From the NCBI GenBank assembly GCA_049325335.1, contig JBMOMC010000037.1, positions 13,487 to 77,486 of the forward strand: 64,000 nucleotides of DNA. The letters run 5' to 3'. Under the pieces are notes generated by a model, which was not told where the DNA came from, did not search any database, and saw nothing but the letters and a program-made list of their open reading frames with translations. Position 1 is the stretch's first letter. Every line of letters begins with the position of its first letter. This stretch comes from Nitrospirota bacterium (GTDB lineage Bacteria; Nitrospirota; Nitrospiria; 2-01-FULL-66-17). The position numbers were made by a program, and so were the translations under genes. Below, in pieces: positions 9,067 through 20,324 of this stretch.

Positions 9067-10749
9067 TTACGACCTGACCCGCGTGATCGCGCCTTCCGAA
9101 GCCGAGCCGACCATGCCGGCGTATTTGGCGAACACGCCGGTCTTGTAGCGCGGCTCAGGGGATTTCCAAGACTTCAAGCGATTCTTTAACTCGTCGTCCG
9201 GGACTCCCACGTCCAGCCGGCGCTTGGTGATGTCGAACGTGATCATGTCCCCTTCGCGCACCGCGGCGATGGGACCGCCGACCGCGGCTTCCGGCGCCAC
9301 GTGGCCCGCCATCAAGCCCTTGGTCGCGCCGGAGAATCGGCCGTCGGTCAGCAGGGCCACGCTGTTGCCCAGGCCCTCGCCCACGATCGCGGCGGTCACG
9401 CCCAGCATCTCGCGCATGCCGGGTCCGCCCCTGGGGCCTTCATAGCGGATGACGACCACGTCGTTCTCGCGAATCTGACGCTTGGTCACGGCCGCCATGG
9501 CATCTTCCTCCCGATCGAACACGCGGGCCGGACCGCGGTGCAGCAGGCGCTCATGACCCGCGACTTTCACTACGCAGCCTTCAGGCGCGAGGTTGCCCTT
9601 GAGGATCACCAGCCCGCCGGTTGGCTTGAGCGGCTTGTCCACCGGCGTCAGCACCACCTGGCCAGGGGTTTCCACCGCGCCCGCGGCTTCGTCCGCAATG
9701 GTCCGGCCGGTGGGCGTCAATTGCGCGCCGTCCAGGAATCCGGCCTTGACCAGACGTTGCGCGACTAATGGGATGCCCCCTGCGCGGTCCAGATCCGCGG
9801 CCACGTATTTCCCTCCGGGCTTTAAGTCCGCGATCAACGGCGTGCGGGCGCTCACGATGTCGAAGTCGTCGATCGTCAACGGAATGCCTGCCTCGCGCGC
9901 CATGGCCAGCAGGTGCAGGACGGCATTTGTCGAGCCTCCGGTCGCGGCCACGGACGCGATCGCGTTCTCGAACGCCTTGCGGGTGAGGATCTTGCTCGGC
10001 CGCAAATCGCGCTGCAACATGTCCATCACGATGTGACCGACTCTGATCCCGACCTGTTCCTTGCGAGGGTCAATCGCGGGCACGCTCGCCGTGTTCATCA
10101 CCGACAGGCCGATGAACTCCATCACCGTAGCCATGGTGTTGGCCGTGAACTGCCCTCCGCACGCACCCGCGCCGGGGCAGGCCGAGTCTTCGAGCATTTT
10201 GAGGTCCGCGTCGCTCATGCGGCCCGCCGCGTTCGCGCCCACGCCCTCGAACACGTCCTGAATGGTCACGTCCTTGCCATGAAACTGCCCCGGCTGGATC
10301 GACCCGCCGTAGAGCACGATCCCTGGCGTGTCGAGCCGGATCAACGCCATCGCGCCGGCCGGAATGGTCTTGTCACACCCCACCAGGACGATCATGGCGT
10401 CAAACAAGTAGCCCCGGCCCATGAGCTCGATCGAATCCGCAATGACCTCGCGGCTGATGAGCGAGGCCTTCATGCCCTCGGTGCCCATGGTCACGCCGTC
10501 GGACACGGACACGGTGTTGAACTCCATGGGCGTGCCGCCCGCCTCGCGGACTCCGCGTTTCACGTGCTGGGCCAGATCGCGCAGGCCGTAGTTGCACGGC
10601 ATGGTTTCGGTCCAGGTATTGGCAATGCCCACGATGGGACGGGCCAAGTCTTTATCGGTAAAACCGATGCCCTTGAGCATGGCGCGGGCCGGGGCGCGAT
10701 CGCGGCCATTGGTGATGGCGCGGCTGCGGGATTTGGGATCAACGGACAT
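9067..10749 (-). CDS. ilvD: Dihydroxy-acid dehydratase
   Basis: [58 protein letters not shown]. Confidence 0.97.
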   Translation of the reverse strand: MSVDPKSRSRAITNGRDRAPARAMLKGIGFTDKDLARPIVGIANTWTETMPCNYGLRDLAQHVKRGVREAGGTPMEFNTVSVSDGVTMGTEGMKASLISREVIADSIELMGRGYLFDAMIVLVGCDKTIPAGAMALIRLDTPGIVLYGGSIQPGQFHGKDVTIQDVFEGVGANAAGRMSDADLKMLEDSACPGAGACGGQFTANTMATVMEFIGLSVMNTASVPAIDPRKEQVGIRVGHIVMDMLQRDLRPSKILTRKAFENAIASVAATGGSTNAVLHLLAMAREAGIPLTIDDFDIVSARTPLIADLKPGGKYVAADLDRAGGIPLVAQRLVKAGFLDGAQLTPTGRTIADEAAGAVETPGQVVLTPVDKPLKPTGGLVILKGNLAPEGCVVKVAGHERLLHRGPARVFDREEDAMAAVTKRQIRENDVVVIRYEGPRGGPGMREMLGVTAAIVGEGLGNSVALLTDGRFSGATKGLMAGHVAPEAAVGGPIAAVREGDMITFDITKRRLDVGVPDDELKNRLKSWKSPEPRYKTGVFAKYAGMVGSASEGAITRVRS

Positions 10750-10860
10750 GGGTGCAAACTCCTTGGTCAGTGCGTGAGATCAGGCCATCAATGTGGGAGG
10801 ATCATACCAAAGCCGCACGCTGGGGTGAAAGAGGGCCGCGCGGACGGCGGCCGCACGGGG

Positions 10861-11697
10861 TCATGGGATTCGACCGGATTTCATGGTGTTGACCGTGAAT
10901 ATGCGGTCGCTCAATCCCGTGTTCACCGCCACATTGCTCAGTTCAACCACCGTATGGCCCGGAGGATCCGCGGCGCGGACTTCTACCCGCTCCCACACCC
11001 AGGCGCCGCCGACCTGTTGCCACTCGATCGATTGCGTCTGGTCAACCCGCCCACCCGGCCCGCGGTACTCGATTTTCGCGATGGTCCAATTCACGGGCGA
11101 CACCCAAAACCGCCGGAGCGCGTTCGGTTCCCCGTCAACGCGTTCATCAACGATGACGTACTCGACGCCGCCGAGCGGCTCGCGCCCGGCCACTGACCGT
11201 GCGGCCTTGCCCAAGAGGCGCGTGCCCAGTTGTTCAAACCCCAGCAGCATGTCGGTGTTGCGTTTGGGGCGCTGGACGTCCTGTCCGGCGATCGTGATCC
11301 GGAGCGCCTGGCGAAGGTCCGGCAAATAGAGCCACGCCTGCGAATCCCCAGCGCGTTCCGCCTGCCGAAGCAAAAACCCCTCGCCTTTGCGGTTCAGGGG
11401 CGCCTGCGTGACCAACAATGTCAGCCCGAGCAGACCGTCTTTCCCACGCTGATTTTTCCAATACAGTCGCAGCGCGGTGCGCCCGTCCCCGTGCGCGCCC
11501 GTCGACCGGATTTCCACGTCCGCGGTTTCGTCGTCGATGGCGTTGTCCTGGCCTCTGACCAATCGCACAATGTCATCGATACTGGGGTCCTGCCCCCATC
11601 CGATTACGGGCCCTACGACGACCGCGACGATGATCAGCCCGGTCAGAGCGCCCGCGCGTGCCGTCTCTCGAATAATGTTGCATCCCGAGCGAATCAA
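10861..11697 (-). CDS. Outer-membrane lipoprotein-sorting (LolA-like) family protein
   Basis: N-terminal hydrophobic segment, DSQAWLYLPDLRQALRI and C-terminal NTGLSDRIFT resemble this family. Start is uncertain. Confidence 0.7.
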   Translation of the reverse strand: MIRSGCNIIRETARAGALTGLIIVAVVVGPVIGWGQDPSIDDIVRLVRGQDNAIDDETADVEIRSTGAHGDGRTALRLYWKNQRGKDGLLGLTLLVTQAPLNRKGEGFLLRQAERAGDSQAWLYLPDLRQALRITIAGQDVQRPKRNTDMLLGFEQLGTRLLGKAARSVAGREPLGGVEYVIVDERVDGEPNALRRFWVSPVNWTIAKIEYRGPGGRVDQTQSIEWQQVGGAWVWERVEVRAADPPGHTVVELSNVAVNTGLSDRIFTVNTMKSGRIP

Positions 11698-12116
11698 TCG
11701 CCGCCTTTCAACGTGTCCGCGTCGTAATCAAGCGCGTCGTCCGCCTGCTCGCCCAACCCGGAGCGAAACGACCGTTCCATAGCGCGAAGACGCGCGAGGC
11801 GTTCATCATCCCCGTCCGAGTCGCGCCGGAGCAGCGCCCGGCACAAGGCCAACCCCCGTTGGAAATGCTCCGCCACCGTCTCATCCATCAGATGGCTCCA
11901 GGTCGTATACACCAGAAACTCGCAAAACGCCGCGGCCTCGGGATGCCGCGCGCCGATCGCAACCAACTCCCGATATGCCTCCGACGCCTCGTCCCCCACG
12001 CCGCCAACGAACCGCTCCTGCGCCGCGATCGCCGCGTCGAGATCTTCACCCAACTCCGTGGACTCCCGCACGCGACAAAACACCTGCCAGGCCACGATCG
12101 CCGGATCAAAATTCAT
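11694..12116 (-). CDS. Hypothetical helical protein
   Basis: 140-aa ORF with GAGAGG RBS; its stop overlaps the start of the next gene by 4 nt. Confidence 0.6.
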   Translation of the reverse strand: MNFDPAIVAWQVFCRVRESTELGEDLDAAIAAQERFVGGVGDEASEAYRELVAIGARHPEAAAFCEFLVYTTWSHLMDETVAEHFQRGLALCRALLRRDSDGDDERLARLRAMERSFRSGLGEQADDALDYDADTLKGGD

Positions 12117-12197
12117 CGTCGAATCCTCTCATCATGTCGATGACGTCACCAGGCTCTCGCGGCGGGCTTTCGCCGGCGCCTGCGTCCACCGGAACGG

Positions 12198-13103
12198 TTA
12201 CGTCCTCCGCCCCACCGATGAATCCAGGAGACTCCGGATACCCTCGTTCAGCGGCCCCGACACGTCAATGGCGTTGGTCAGATGCGGCACGGTGTTGCAA
12301 GTGATCACGGCGCGACACCCCGTCGCGATCAGGGATTCGTACGCCTGTCCTGAAAACACGGCGTGCACGGCCAGGCACACCGGCGCGGCCAACCCCTGAC
12401 CGAGAACGAGTCGCGCGGCCTCGGCCAGGGTGGATCCGGTGGAAATCACGTCGTCGATGAGGACCGGCGCGCGATCGCGGTACTCGCGCAGGTCCGGAGC
12501 CTCCAGACGAACCTCGCGGTCGCCCGCGCGCGTTTTGGCCAAGACCGCGTATGGCGCGTTCACCGCGTTCGCCACCGCGTGGACCCACTGGGCGCTCTCG
12601 GCATCGGGGCCGATCAACACGGGCGCGGGAACCTGGCGCGCGATCCATTGGGCCAACAGCGGCGCGGCGGTGACGACGCGGCTCGGAATCGTGTACACCT
12701 CGTCCAACGAGCCGTACCGGTGCAGGTGCGGGTCCACGGTCACCAGCCAATCCACATGCGACGAAAGCACCCGGGCGCAGTACCGCGACGTGACGCCCTC
12801 TCCCGTCTGAAACCGCGCGTCCTGCCGCATGTACGGCAAATACGGCGCGACCAGGCCGATACGCCCCGCGCCCAAATCCTTCGCCGTGGCCGCGACCCAC
12901 AACAACGGCGCTAACTTTTCATCGGGTCCCGCCAAGTTCGCCACGATCACAACGTCTCGACCGCGCACCTCGGTCTCAAAACGGACGTACGTCTCGCCGT
13001 CGGGAAACCGCCGAAGCGTGATCGTTGCGGGATCACCCGCGATCGCGGCCACCTGCGCGGATAACTCGGGCAGGCCGAGGGACACGATTACCGGACGCAC
13101 CAT
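12198..13103 (-). CDS. prs: Ribose-phosphate pyrophosphokinase
   Basis: RFPDGETYVR, PYLPYMRQD, VTVDPH, PVLIDDVISTGST. Confidence 0.92.
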   Translation of the reverse strand: MVRPVIVSLGLPELSAQVAAIAGDPATITLRRFPDGETYVRFETEVRGRDVVIVANLAGPDEKLAPLLWVAATAKDLGAGRIGLVAPYLPYMRQDARFQTGEGVTSRYCARVLSSHVDWLVTVDPHLHRYGSLDEVYTIPSRVVTAAPLLAQWIARQVPAPVLIGPDAESAQWVHAVANAVNAPYAVLAKTRAGDREVRLEAPDLREYRDRAPVLIDDVISTGSTLAEAARLVLGQGLAAPVCLAVHAVFSGQAYESLIATGCRAVITCNTVPHLTNAIDVSGPLNEGIRSLLDSSVGRRT

Positions 13104-13240
13104 GGCTCCTCGATACCCACCCCGTCGGGCTGCGCGCCCGACGCCCGCTCCTCATCACACGACGGTTGATTGACCAACCCGAATCCCCCTCGTTATACTT
13201 TTCGGGCCATTGTGGGCCCACACTTTCCAGGCATCCACTG

Positions 13241-13945
13241 ATGGACGAAACTGCAATCGGCATCTTGCTCGCCGAAGCCGAGTCGGCGGATATCGACGTC
13301 ATCCGTCGATCCCTTATCGGCGGATCCATACACAATCCCCTGGTCGTCGCGCGGGACGGACAAGCGGCCCTCGATCTTTTGCGCGCTCGGTCCCACGAAT
13401 TCGGCGTCGCCATTCTCGACATCCACCTCCCAAAGGTCGGCGGACTCGACGTCCTCCCCGAGGCCAAACGCCTCGACCCCGAGCTTGTCGTCATCATGCT
13501 GACCGGGAGAGCCTCGGTTCACACCGCGGTGCGGTCGCTGCGCCGCGAAGGCGCCTTCGACTACGTCCGAAAATCCAAAGGACATCTGCCGAATCTGGTG
13601 GAAGCGGTCCGTCTGGCGATCACGAAACGCGCCCTCAACCGGCATCACCCGTGGACTCCTTCGTCCGGCGGCGGTCACGAACGCATGGGGCATCGGCGCC
13701 TGCTCCAGGAACGCCTCCATCTGTCGAATCGAGAATGGGACGTCATTATCTGCCTGTGTCGCGGCGACACGAACAAGGAGATCGGCGCGCGCCTCTTGAT
13801 CAGCGACCTCACGGTCAAAGGATACCTCAAACAGATCTACAAAAAAATGGGCGTCCACACCCGCGCCGCAGCGGTGTCAACCGCGTTGGCGCACACACCG
13901 CCGCCGGCCGACTCCATCGGCGTGACGCGCCCATTGCCCGCATAG
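13241..13945 (+). CDS. LuxR/NarL-type response regulator
   Basis: Receiver (ILDIHLPKVGGLDV, IMLTG, AFDYVRK) plus HTH (LSNREWDV...TNKEIG...TVKGYLKQIYKKMGV). Start placed at ATG 13241. Confidence 0.85.
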   Translation: MDETAIGILLAEAESADIDVIRRSLIGGSIHNPLVVARDGQAALDLLRARSHEFGVAILDIHLPKVGGLDVLPEAKRLDPELVVIMLTGRASVHTAVRSLRREGAFDYVRKSKGHLPNLVEAVRLAITKRALNRHHPWTPSSGGGHERMGHRRLLQERLHLSNREWDVIICLCRGDTNKEIGARLLISDLTVKGYLKQIYKKMGVHTRAAAVSTALAHTPPPADSIGVTRPLPA

Positions 13946-14122
13946 GAACGCGTGCAACCGCACATATACATCGAAAAAGACCGCCGCCCGGCGTGATATC
14001 GTCGGAGTCCGGGAGGTTTCCGGGAGTCGGTAACCGTACCCAATGCGGGGGGGGGCACGTTGTTCGCACAATCGAGGTGACGCGGCAGGAGGGGTGCGCG
14101 GTATCCTCTTGATAGATACGGT

Positions 14123-14200
14123 TGGTGTCCCCAACGGGATTTGAACCCGTGTTATCGCCGTGAAAGGGCGGTGTCCTAGGCCGGGCTAGACGATGGGGAC
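14123..14200 (-). tRNA. tRNA-Glu (TTC)
   Basis: GTCCCCATCGTCTAG...CCGCC-CTTTCAC-GGCGA...GGTTCAAATCC...GGGGACACCA; CCA is encoded. Confidence 0.97.
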
Positions 14201-14280
14201 GCAACCTCGCTTGCGGAACCGAACGGAGGGCCAGGTTTCCCGGCCCGAGGCTCGGAGAGGATCTTGTCCTGCTATAAATT

Positions 14281-14356
14281 TGGTGAGCCGCCTGGGCCTC
14301 GAACCCAGGACACCCGCCTTAAAAGGGCGGTGCTCTACCAACTGAGCTAGCGGCTC
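14281..14356 (-). tRNA. tRNA-Lys (TTT)
   Basis: GAGCCGCTAGCTCAGTTGGTAGAGC-A-CCGCC-CTTTTAA-GGCGG...GGTTCGAG...GCGGCTCACCA. Confidence 0.97.
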
Positions 14357-14378
14357 ACACTCCGTCAAAAGGTGGCGG

Positions 14379-15754
<1,376 letters not shown>

Positions 15755-15861
15755 TCAGGGCTGCGTGTCGTCTGTAAGCGACGGTATGTTGCCTTGCGCC
15801 GCCTCCTAAAGTCAAGGCGCGGAGCCTCGTTCAAGGCTCCGCGCACCGCAAACGGCCGGGC

Positions 15862-15900
15862 AAAAAAAACCGGCGCGGATCGGCTCACCGATCCGCGCCG
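15862..15900 (-). terminator. Intrinsic terminator of the di-heme/cupredoxin operon
   Basis: Perfect 13-bp stem CGGCGCGGATCGG-TGAG-CCGATCCGCGCCG followed by GTTTTTTTT. Confidence 0.9.
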
Positions 15901-15923
15901 CTCGAGACACCTCGGACACGCCG

Positions 15924-16553
15924 TTAGTGCGCCGACGCCACCGCGACACCGGCATCAACGTCCGCCGTCAACGTAAAGTCCATGTTGACGGTTTTATCGC
16001 CGCTGAGGCTCACGGTCTTGGTCATGGTGGCGGTCGGGCTGGCCCACGCCTTCACCGTATATTCGCCGTCCGGGACATTGGCAATCGCGAAGCTGCCGTC
16101 CGCGCCCGTGGTCGCAAAATACGGGTTGTCCAACACCAGAATGAACCCGTGCATATGGCTATGAATGTGACAGAACAATTCCACCACGCCGGGGTTCTTG
16201 AACACCACGAACTTCTCGCGGCCCTTTTGATACAACCCCAAATCAAAGGGGTTGGACGGGGAAATTGAAAACGCGCTGTGGAACACCGAATCGCTGTTCG
16301 GGAAGTCCACCGTGGTTCCCTTCAACACCGCCATGACGTTCGGCGCAAACTGCAGGTTGATGTGATTCATCTCCGGACGTTTGTCCGGCGCCTTGAACGC
16401 GCCGTTCACACCCTCCAGATACACCACGATATTCGAGGCGCCCTCCTTCCCCGCCACGCGCGCCTTCCCGCTGACGGTGCCCGCCTCCGCCGCCTGCGCC
16501 GCCGCCAACACCACCGCCGCCAACACTCCTGCCATTCCGTACCCGCGTTTCAT
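15924..16553 (-). CDS. Secreted cupredoxin-like protein with carboxypeptidase-regulatory-like domain
   Basis: Signal peptide; FPNSDSVFHSAFS...LFCHIHSHMHG (H...C-x2-H-x2-M type-1 Cu-like ligands); DGSFAIANVPDGEYTVKAW. GGAGG RBS before ATG 16553. Confidence 0.78.
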   Translation of the reverse strand: MKRGYGMAGVLAAVVLAAAQAAEAGTVSGKARVAGKEGASNIVVYLEGVNGAFKAPDKRPEMNHINLQFAPNVMAVLKGTTVDFPNSDSVFHSAFSISPSNPFDLGLYQKGREKFVVFKNPGVVELFCHIHSHMHGFILVLDNPYFATTGADGSFAIANVPDGEYTVKAWASPTATMTKTVSLSGDKTVNMDFTLTADVDAGVAVASAH

Positions 16554-16582
16554 CACAAGGCCTCCTTGTCTATATTGTCCCA

Positions 16583-17689
16583 TCACGACCGTGGCGGAAG
16601 TTGCGGAGGAACGATCTGGGGCAAATCACCCGTGAGTGTATTGAGGAACGCCACCAGGTCCTTCTGCTCCGCGTCGGTTAAGTTGAGCGGAATGATCTTG
16701 GGGCTCTTATTCGAATGCGAGCCGCCCCCCTTATTGTAAAACGCCACCACCTCATCGAGTGTTTCGAACACGCCGGTGTGCATGTACGGCGCGGTCATCG
16801 AAATGTTCCGCAGCGAGGGCACTTTAAACGCGCCCTTGTCTTTCGGATCTTTGGTGACTTCAAAGCGCCCATGGTCCTCGGCCAGCGGCCCCTCTTGCGG
16901 AACCCCGAGGTTTTGGAAGCTGCTGTCCGTGAAGTTCGGGCCGTTGTGGCACTGCGTACACGCAGCCTTGCTGATAAACATAGTCAATCCGCGTTTTTCT
17001 TGATCGGTCAGGGCCTTCTTGTCACCCTTGGCGTATCGGTCAAACTTCGACTCGCCCGTCACGATGGTGCGCTCAAACGAGGCGATAGCCATCCCAATGG
17101 TCTTCATGCTAGGGGGACCGCCGAAGACTTCCTTGAACTTCTCGCTGTAGAAGGGGATGCTCGTCACTTCACTGATCATCTGCTTGGGATCCGAGTTCAT
17201 TTCCCGCGACGCGACGATCGGGCCGGTCGCCTGATCTTCCATGGTCGCAGCCCGTCCGTCCCAAAACTGCGCCGTGTTGTACGCGATATTGATGACGGTC
17301 GGAGAGTGCCGCCCCAGTTCCTTCTCATCCCCAAAGCCCAACGAACGGGGCAATCCGTCGCTGTATCCGAAACTCGGACTGTGGCAGGTCGCGCACGACC
17401 AGTGGTCGTTCGCCGACAACCTGGGATCGAAGAACAGCATCTTGCCCAACTCGATCTTGGCGGGCGTCTGCGGGTTGTCCGCTGGAATCGGAACCGCCGG
17501 CAACGGCCCCAAGTCTCCGGGAAGCGCTGTCATTTGATCCAATGTGGATAGAGAAATCAGCGCTCGGCGCGCTTTTTTGACCTTCGAGTCGCCCACCGAC
17601 TCCGCCTGAAGCACCGACGACATCGCCACAACGGACGCGATGAGTCCCGCGCCACCGACGAACCATTTCCCCATTGTTCGTGCCTTCAT
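16583..17689 (-). CDS. Di-heme cytochrome c peroxidase/MauG family protein
   Basis: LGKMLFFDPRLS, CATCH, QFWDGRA, CTQCH, FKVPSLRN, TAPYMHTG; signal peptide. Confidence 0.93.
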   Translation of the reverse strand: MKARTMGKWFVGGAGLIASVVAMSSVLQAESVGDSKVKKARRALISLSTLDQMTALPGDLGPLPAVPIPADNPQTPAKIELGKMLFFDPRLSANDHWSCATCHSPSFGYSDGLPRSLGFGDEKELGRHSPTVINIAYNTAQFWDGRAATMEDQATGPIVASREMNSDPKQMISEVTSIPFYSEKFKEVFGGPPSMKTIGMAIASFERTIVTGESKFDRYAKGDKKALTDQEKRGLTMFISKAACTQCHNGPNFTDSSFQNLGVPQEGPLAEDHGRFEVTKDPKDKGAFKVPSLRNISMTAPYMHTGVFETLDEVVAFYNKGGGSHSNKSPKIIPLNLTDAEQKDLVAFLNTLTGDLPQIVPPQLPPRS

Positions 17690-17815
17690 ACTCGCTCCTC
17701 CATGGATGACGGACCACGACCCGACCCAACGGGCGATAAAGATAACAGCCGTCGTATTGCTGTCAAGAACTTCGCGGAACGCGACGGCGTGTGATTGGGG
17801 AAACCGGCAAACTCG

Positions 17816-18415
17816 TCAGCCGCGAGCGCGGCCGCCGACGGCGCGGTCGATGAGTGTCCAGAGCGCCGGGCGTCCTTCTCCCGTCTGCGAGGAGACGAAG
17901 ACGACGGCGTCGCGGTCGGCCAAGCCGAACGCCGCGGCAATCCGCTCTTGCGCGGCACGACGATGGCCGCGGGGAACCTGATCGGCCTTGGTCGCGACCA
18001 CGATTTCCGGCACGCCGTACGACGCCAGCCACCGATGCATGACGGCGTCCAGGTCGGTCGGGGGATGCCGCGCGTCCACCAGCAGCACCACCGCGCGCAG
18101 CGTGTCCCGTTGGGACACATACGCCTCGATGAACGATCGCCACGAGCGTTGCACCGCCTGAGGCACCTTGGCGTACCCGTACCCCGGAAGATCGACGAAG
18201 AATGCCGTCTTGTTCACGGCGAAAAAGTTGATCGTTTGCGTCTTGCCCGGCGTGGCGCTGACCTTGGCCAAACGCTTCCGCCCCAACAAGGCGTTCAACA
18301 ACGACGACTTGCCCACGTTCGAGCGGCCGACAAACGCCACCTCCGGCCATCCCGTTCCGGGAAAGTCCTTGGGATGCACGCACGCACGCACGAATTCCGC
18401 GTCACGAACCGCCAT
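17816..18415 (-). CDS. engB: Ribosome biogenesis GTPase EngB/YihA/YsxC
   Basis: EVAFVGRSNVGKSS, SATPGKT, VDLPGYGYA, TKAD. Confidence 0.95.
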   Translation of the reverse strand: MAVRDAEFVRACVHPKDFPGTGWPEVAFVGRSNVGKSSLLNALLGRKRLAKVSATPGKTQTINFFAVNKTAFFVDLPGYGYAKVPQAVQRSWRSFIEAYVSQRDTLRAVVLLVDARHPPTDLDAVMHRWLASYGVPEIVVATKADQVPRGHRRAAQERIAAAFGLADRDAVVFVSSQTGEGRPALWTLIDRAVGGRARG

Positions 18416-18458
18416 ACACGCTCCGCCCTTCGACCCCATCGGGAGAAATCCGGAGCGC

Positions 18459-18544
18459 ACTGTAGCGGAGCGTCCGTTTGAGTGTCAATCGTCGTGGGAC
18501 GATTCGTCCCGCGATTGACTTCAATTTTTCATTTGGTGTAGAGT
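18459..18544. promoter_or_regulatory. Back-to-back divergent sigma70-type promoters (engB / TPR gene)
   Basis: Minus strand TTGACA(18488-18483)-N18-TACAGT; plus strand TTGACT(18515)-N18-TAGAGT(18539). Confidence 0.55.
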
Positions 18545-18567
18545 TCCGCCGCGCGAGGGAGCCCGCC

Positions 18568-19296
18568 GTGTCGATCGAATTTGACGCCAAGTACGAGAAG
18601 GCCTCACGACTGTTCGACGCGGGCCGCTATCCCGAAGCGGAAGATCTGTACCTCAAGTTAATTGAAGCCGGCGGACACGGGTACGCCGACATCTACAACC
18701 GCCTCGGACTCATCACCGCGTTTCAGGGCCAGATCGAAACCGCGGCCGAATGGTTCCTCAAAGCGGTGCAAGCCAATCCGCGGTACACCGAAGCTTGTCT
18801 CAATCTCGCAGTGGCGTACGCCGACCTCAGTCGGTATGACGACGCGCAGCAAGCGTACTCTGACGCCGCCCGGCTCGTGAAGGAGGCGCCACGCGCGACC
18901 GACTTTTACGTCCGGGGACGGCTCGCGAACGAACACGTCGCGCTCGGAGACCGCTACGTGAACCTCGGATTGCACGACGAAGCGCTCGATGAGTACCGCA
19001 AGGCGCTGGGCCTCTGCCCCACCTTCCCCGACGTCATCACCAAAGTGGGAATGGTCCTGCGGGAGCAGGGCGCGTACGACGAAGCCATCCGCGTGTTTCT
19101 CCGGGCCAAAGAAGTCTCCCCCGGGTATGTGCCCGCGACCATCCACCTCGGCATTACCTACTACATGAGCGGGTTCCCCGACCTCGCGCGCGAAGAGTGG
19201 GAGTCGATCCCCGCGGACTCCATCGACGGCGATCACCCCGCGCTGTACCTGTCGTTGGCCCAAAAAGTCTGCCTGGACCCCGGGGTCGCCCCGTAG
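18568..19296 (+). CDS. Tetratricopeptide repeat protein
   Basis: Multiple TPRs (YADIYNRLG, NPRYTEACLNLA, EYRKALGLCPTFPD). GTG start after AGGGAG. Confidence 0.85.
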   Translation: MSIEFDAKYEKASRLFDAGRYPEAEDLYLKLIEAGGHGYADIYNRLGLITAFQGQIETAAEWFLKAVQANPRYTEACLNLAVAYADLSRYDDAQQAYSDAARLVKEAPRATDFYVRGRLANEHVALGDRYVNLGLHDEALDEYRKALGLCPTFPDVITKVGMVLREQGAYDEAIRVFLRAKEVSPGYVPATIHLGITYYMSGFPDLAREEWESIPADSIDGDHPALYLSLAQKVCLDPGVAP

Positions 19297-19301
19297 CCGA
19301 C

Positions 19302-20324
19302 GTGCGCGGGCAGCCTGCCTCCGTCGGCGTCACCACCTCCCCGACGCCAACCCCGCTTCTTCGCATCAGTGACCTGACCGTTGAGTTTCCGACCGCGGCC
19401 GGACCCGCGCGCGCCGTCAACCTCGTGAACATCGACGTGGCTCGCGGCGAGGTCTTGGGCGTGGTCGGCGAATCAGGCTGCGGCAAGAGCATGACCGCGT
19501 TGGCCGTGCTCAGATTGATCCCTCCCCCCGGTCGGATCTCGGGGGGCCGCATTCTGCTCGACGGCCAAGACCTCCGCTCGCTCCCGCCCATCGCGCTGCA
19601 GGCAATCCGCGGCAAACGGATCGCCATGATTTTTCAAGAGCCCATGACCGCGCTCAACCCGGTGTTGACGGTCGGCGATCAAATCGCGGAAATGCTTCGT
19701 CGTCACGTACGGCACACCCGCGCCGACGCCAGAACCCGGACGATCGAATTGCTCCGACTGGTCGGGATTCCCGCTCCGGAAAGGCGGTGGACCGAGTACC
19801 CCCATCAACTCAGCGGGGGTATGCGTCAGCGGGTGATGATCGCGATGGCCATTTCGTGCGATCCCGATATTGTGTTTGCCGACGAACCGACCACCGCGCT
19901 CGACGTCACGGTTCAAGCCCAAATCCTCGGTTTGTTGCGCGATCTTCGCGAGCGGCTCGGCATGGCGATGGTCTTTATCTCGCACAACCTCGGCGTCATT
20001 GCCCAAGTGGCGCACCGTGTCGCGGTCATGTACGCCGGACGGATCGTCGAAGAAGCCACCACGCAGACCCTCTTTACGCAGCCCCTCCACCCGTACACCC
20101 AGGGGTTGCTCGCCTCGTTGCCGCCCGCAGACCTTCGAGCCGGTCGGCTGCACCGGCTCGAAGCCATCACGGGCGTGGTGCCCGCGTTAGGTGCGATCCC
20201 CACTGGCTGCGCCTTCACCCCGCGCTGCCCGTATGCCGAGGTGCGCTGCGTGACCGACCCGCCGTTCGTCGATTCCGGGGACGCGCACCGGACCCGCTGT
20301 TGGCTCGTGGAGCGCGCGCCGTGA
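19302..20324 (+). CDS. Oligopeptide/dipeptide ABC transporter ATPase (OppD/DppD-like)
   Basis: GESGCGKS, IFQEPMTALNP, YPHQLSGGMRQR, ADEPTTALD, HPYT, C-terminal Cys motif. Start is approximate. Confidence 0.92.
   Translation: MRGQPASVGVTTSPTPTPLLRISDLTVEFPTAAGPARAVNLVNIDVARGEVLGVVGESGCGKSMTALAVLRLIPPPGRISGGRILLDGQDLRSLPPIALQAIRGKRIAMIFQEPMTALNPVLTVGDQIAEMLRRHVRHTRADARTRTIELLRLVGIPAPERRWTEYPHQLSGGMRQRVMIAMAISCDPDIVFADEPTTALDVTVQAQILGLLRDLRERLGMAMVFISHNLGVIAQVAHRVAVMYAGRIVEEATTQTLFTQPLHPYTQGLLASLPPADLRAGRLHRLEAITGVVPALGAIPTGCAFTPRCPYAEVRCVTDPPFVDSGDAHRTRCWLVERAP

Noticed and set aside
14123..14200. C:A mismatch at the top of the tRNA-Glu anticodon stem
   Set aside because: A single mismatch at 27:43 is tolerated and the rest of the cloverleaf is canonical.
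13946..14356. tRNA pair as an island integration site
   Set aside because: No integrase, and no duplicated tRNA 3' end was spotted in the window.
18376..18392. (GCAC)4 tract in engB as a phase-variation site
   Set aside because: It is short, in frame, and in a conserved housekeeping gene.
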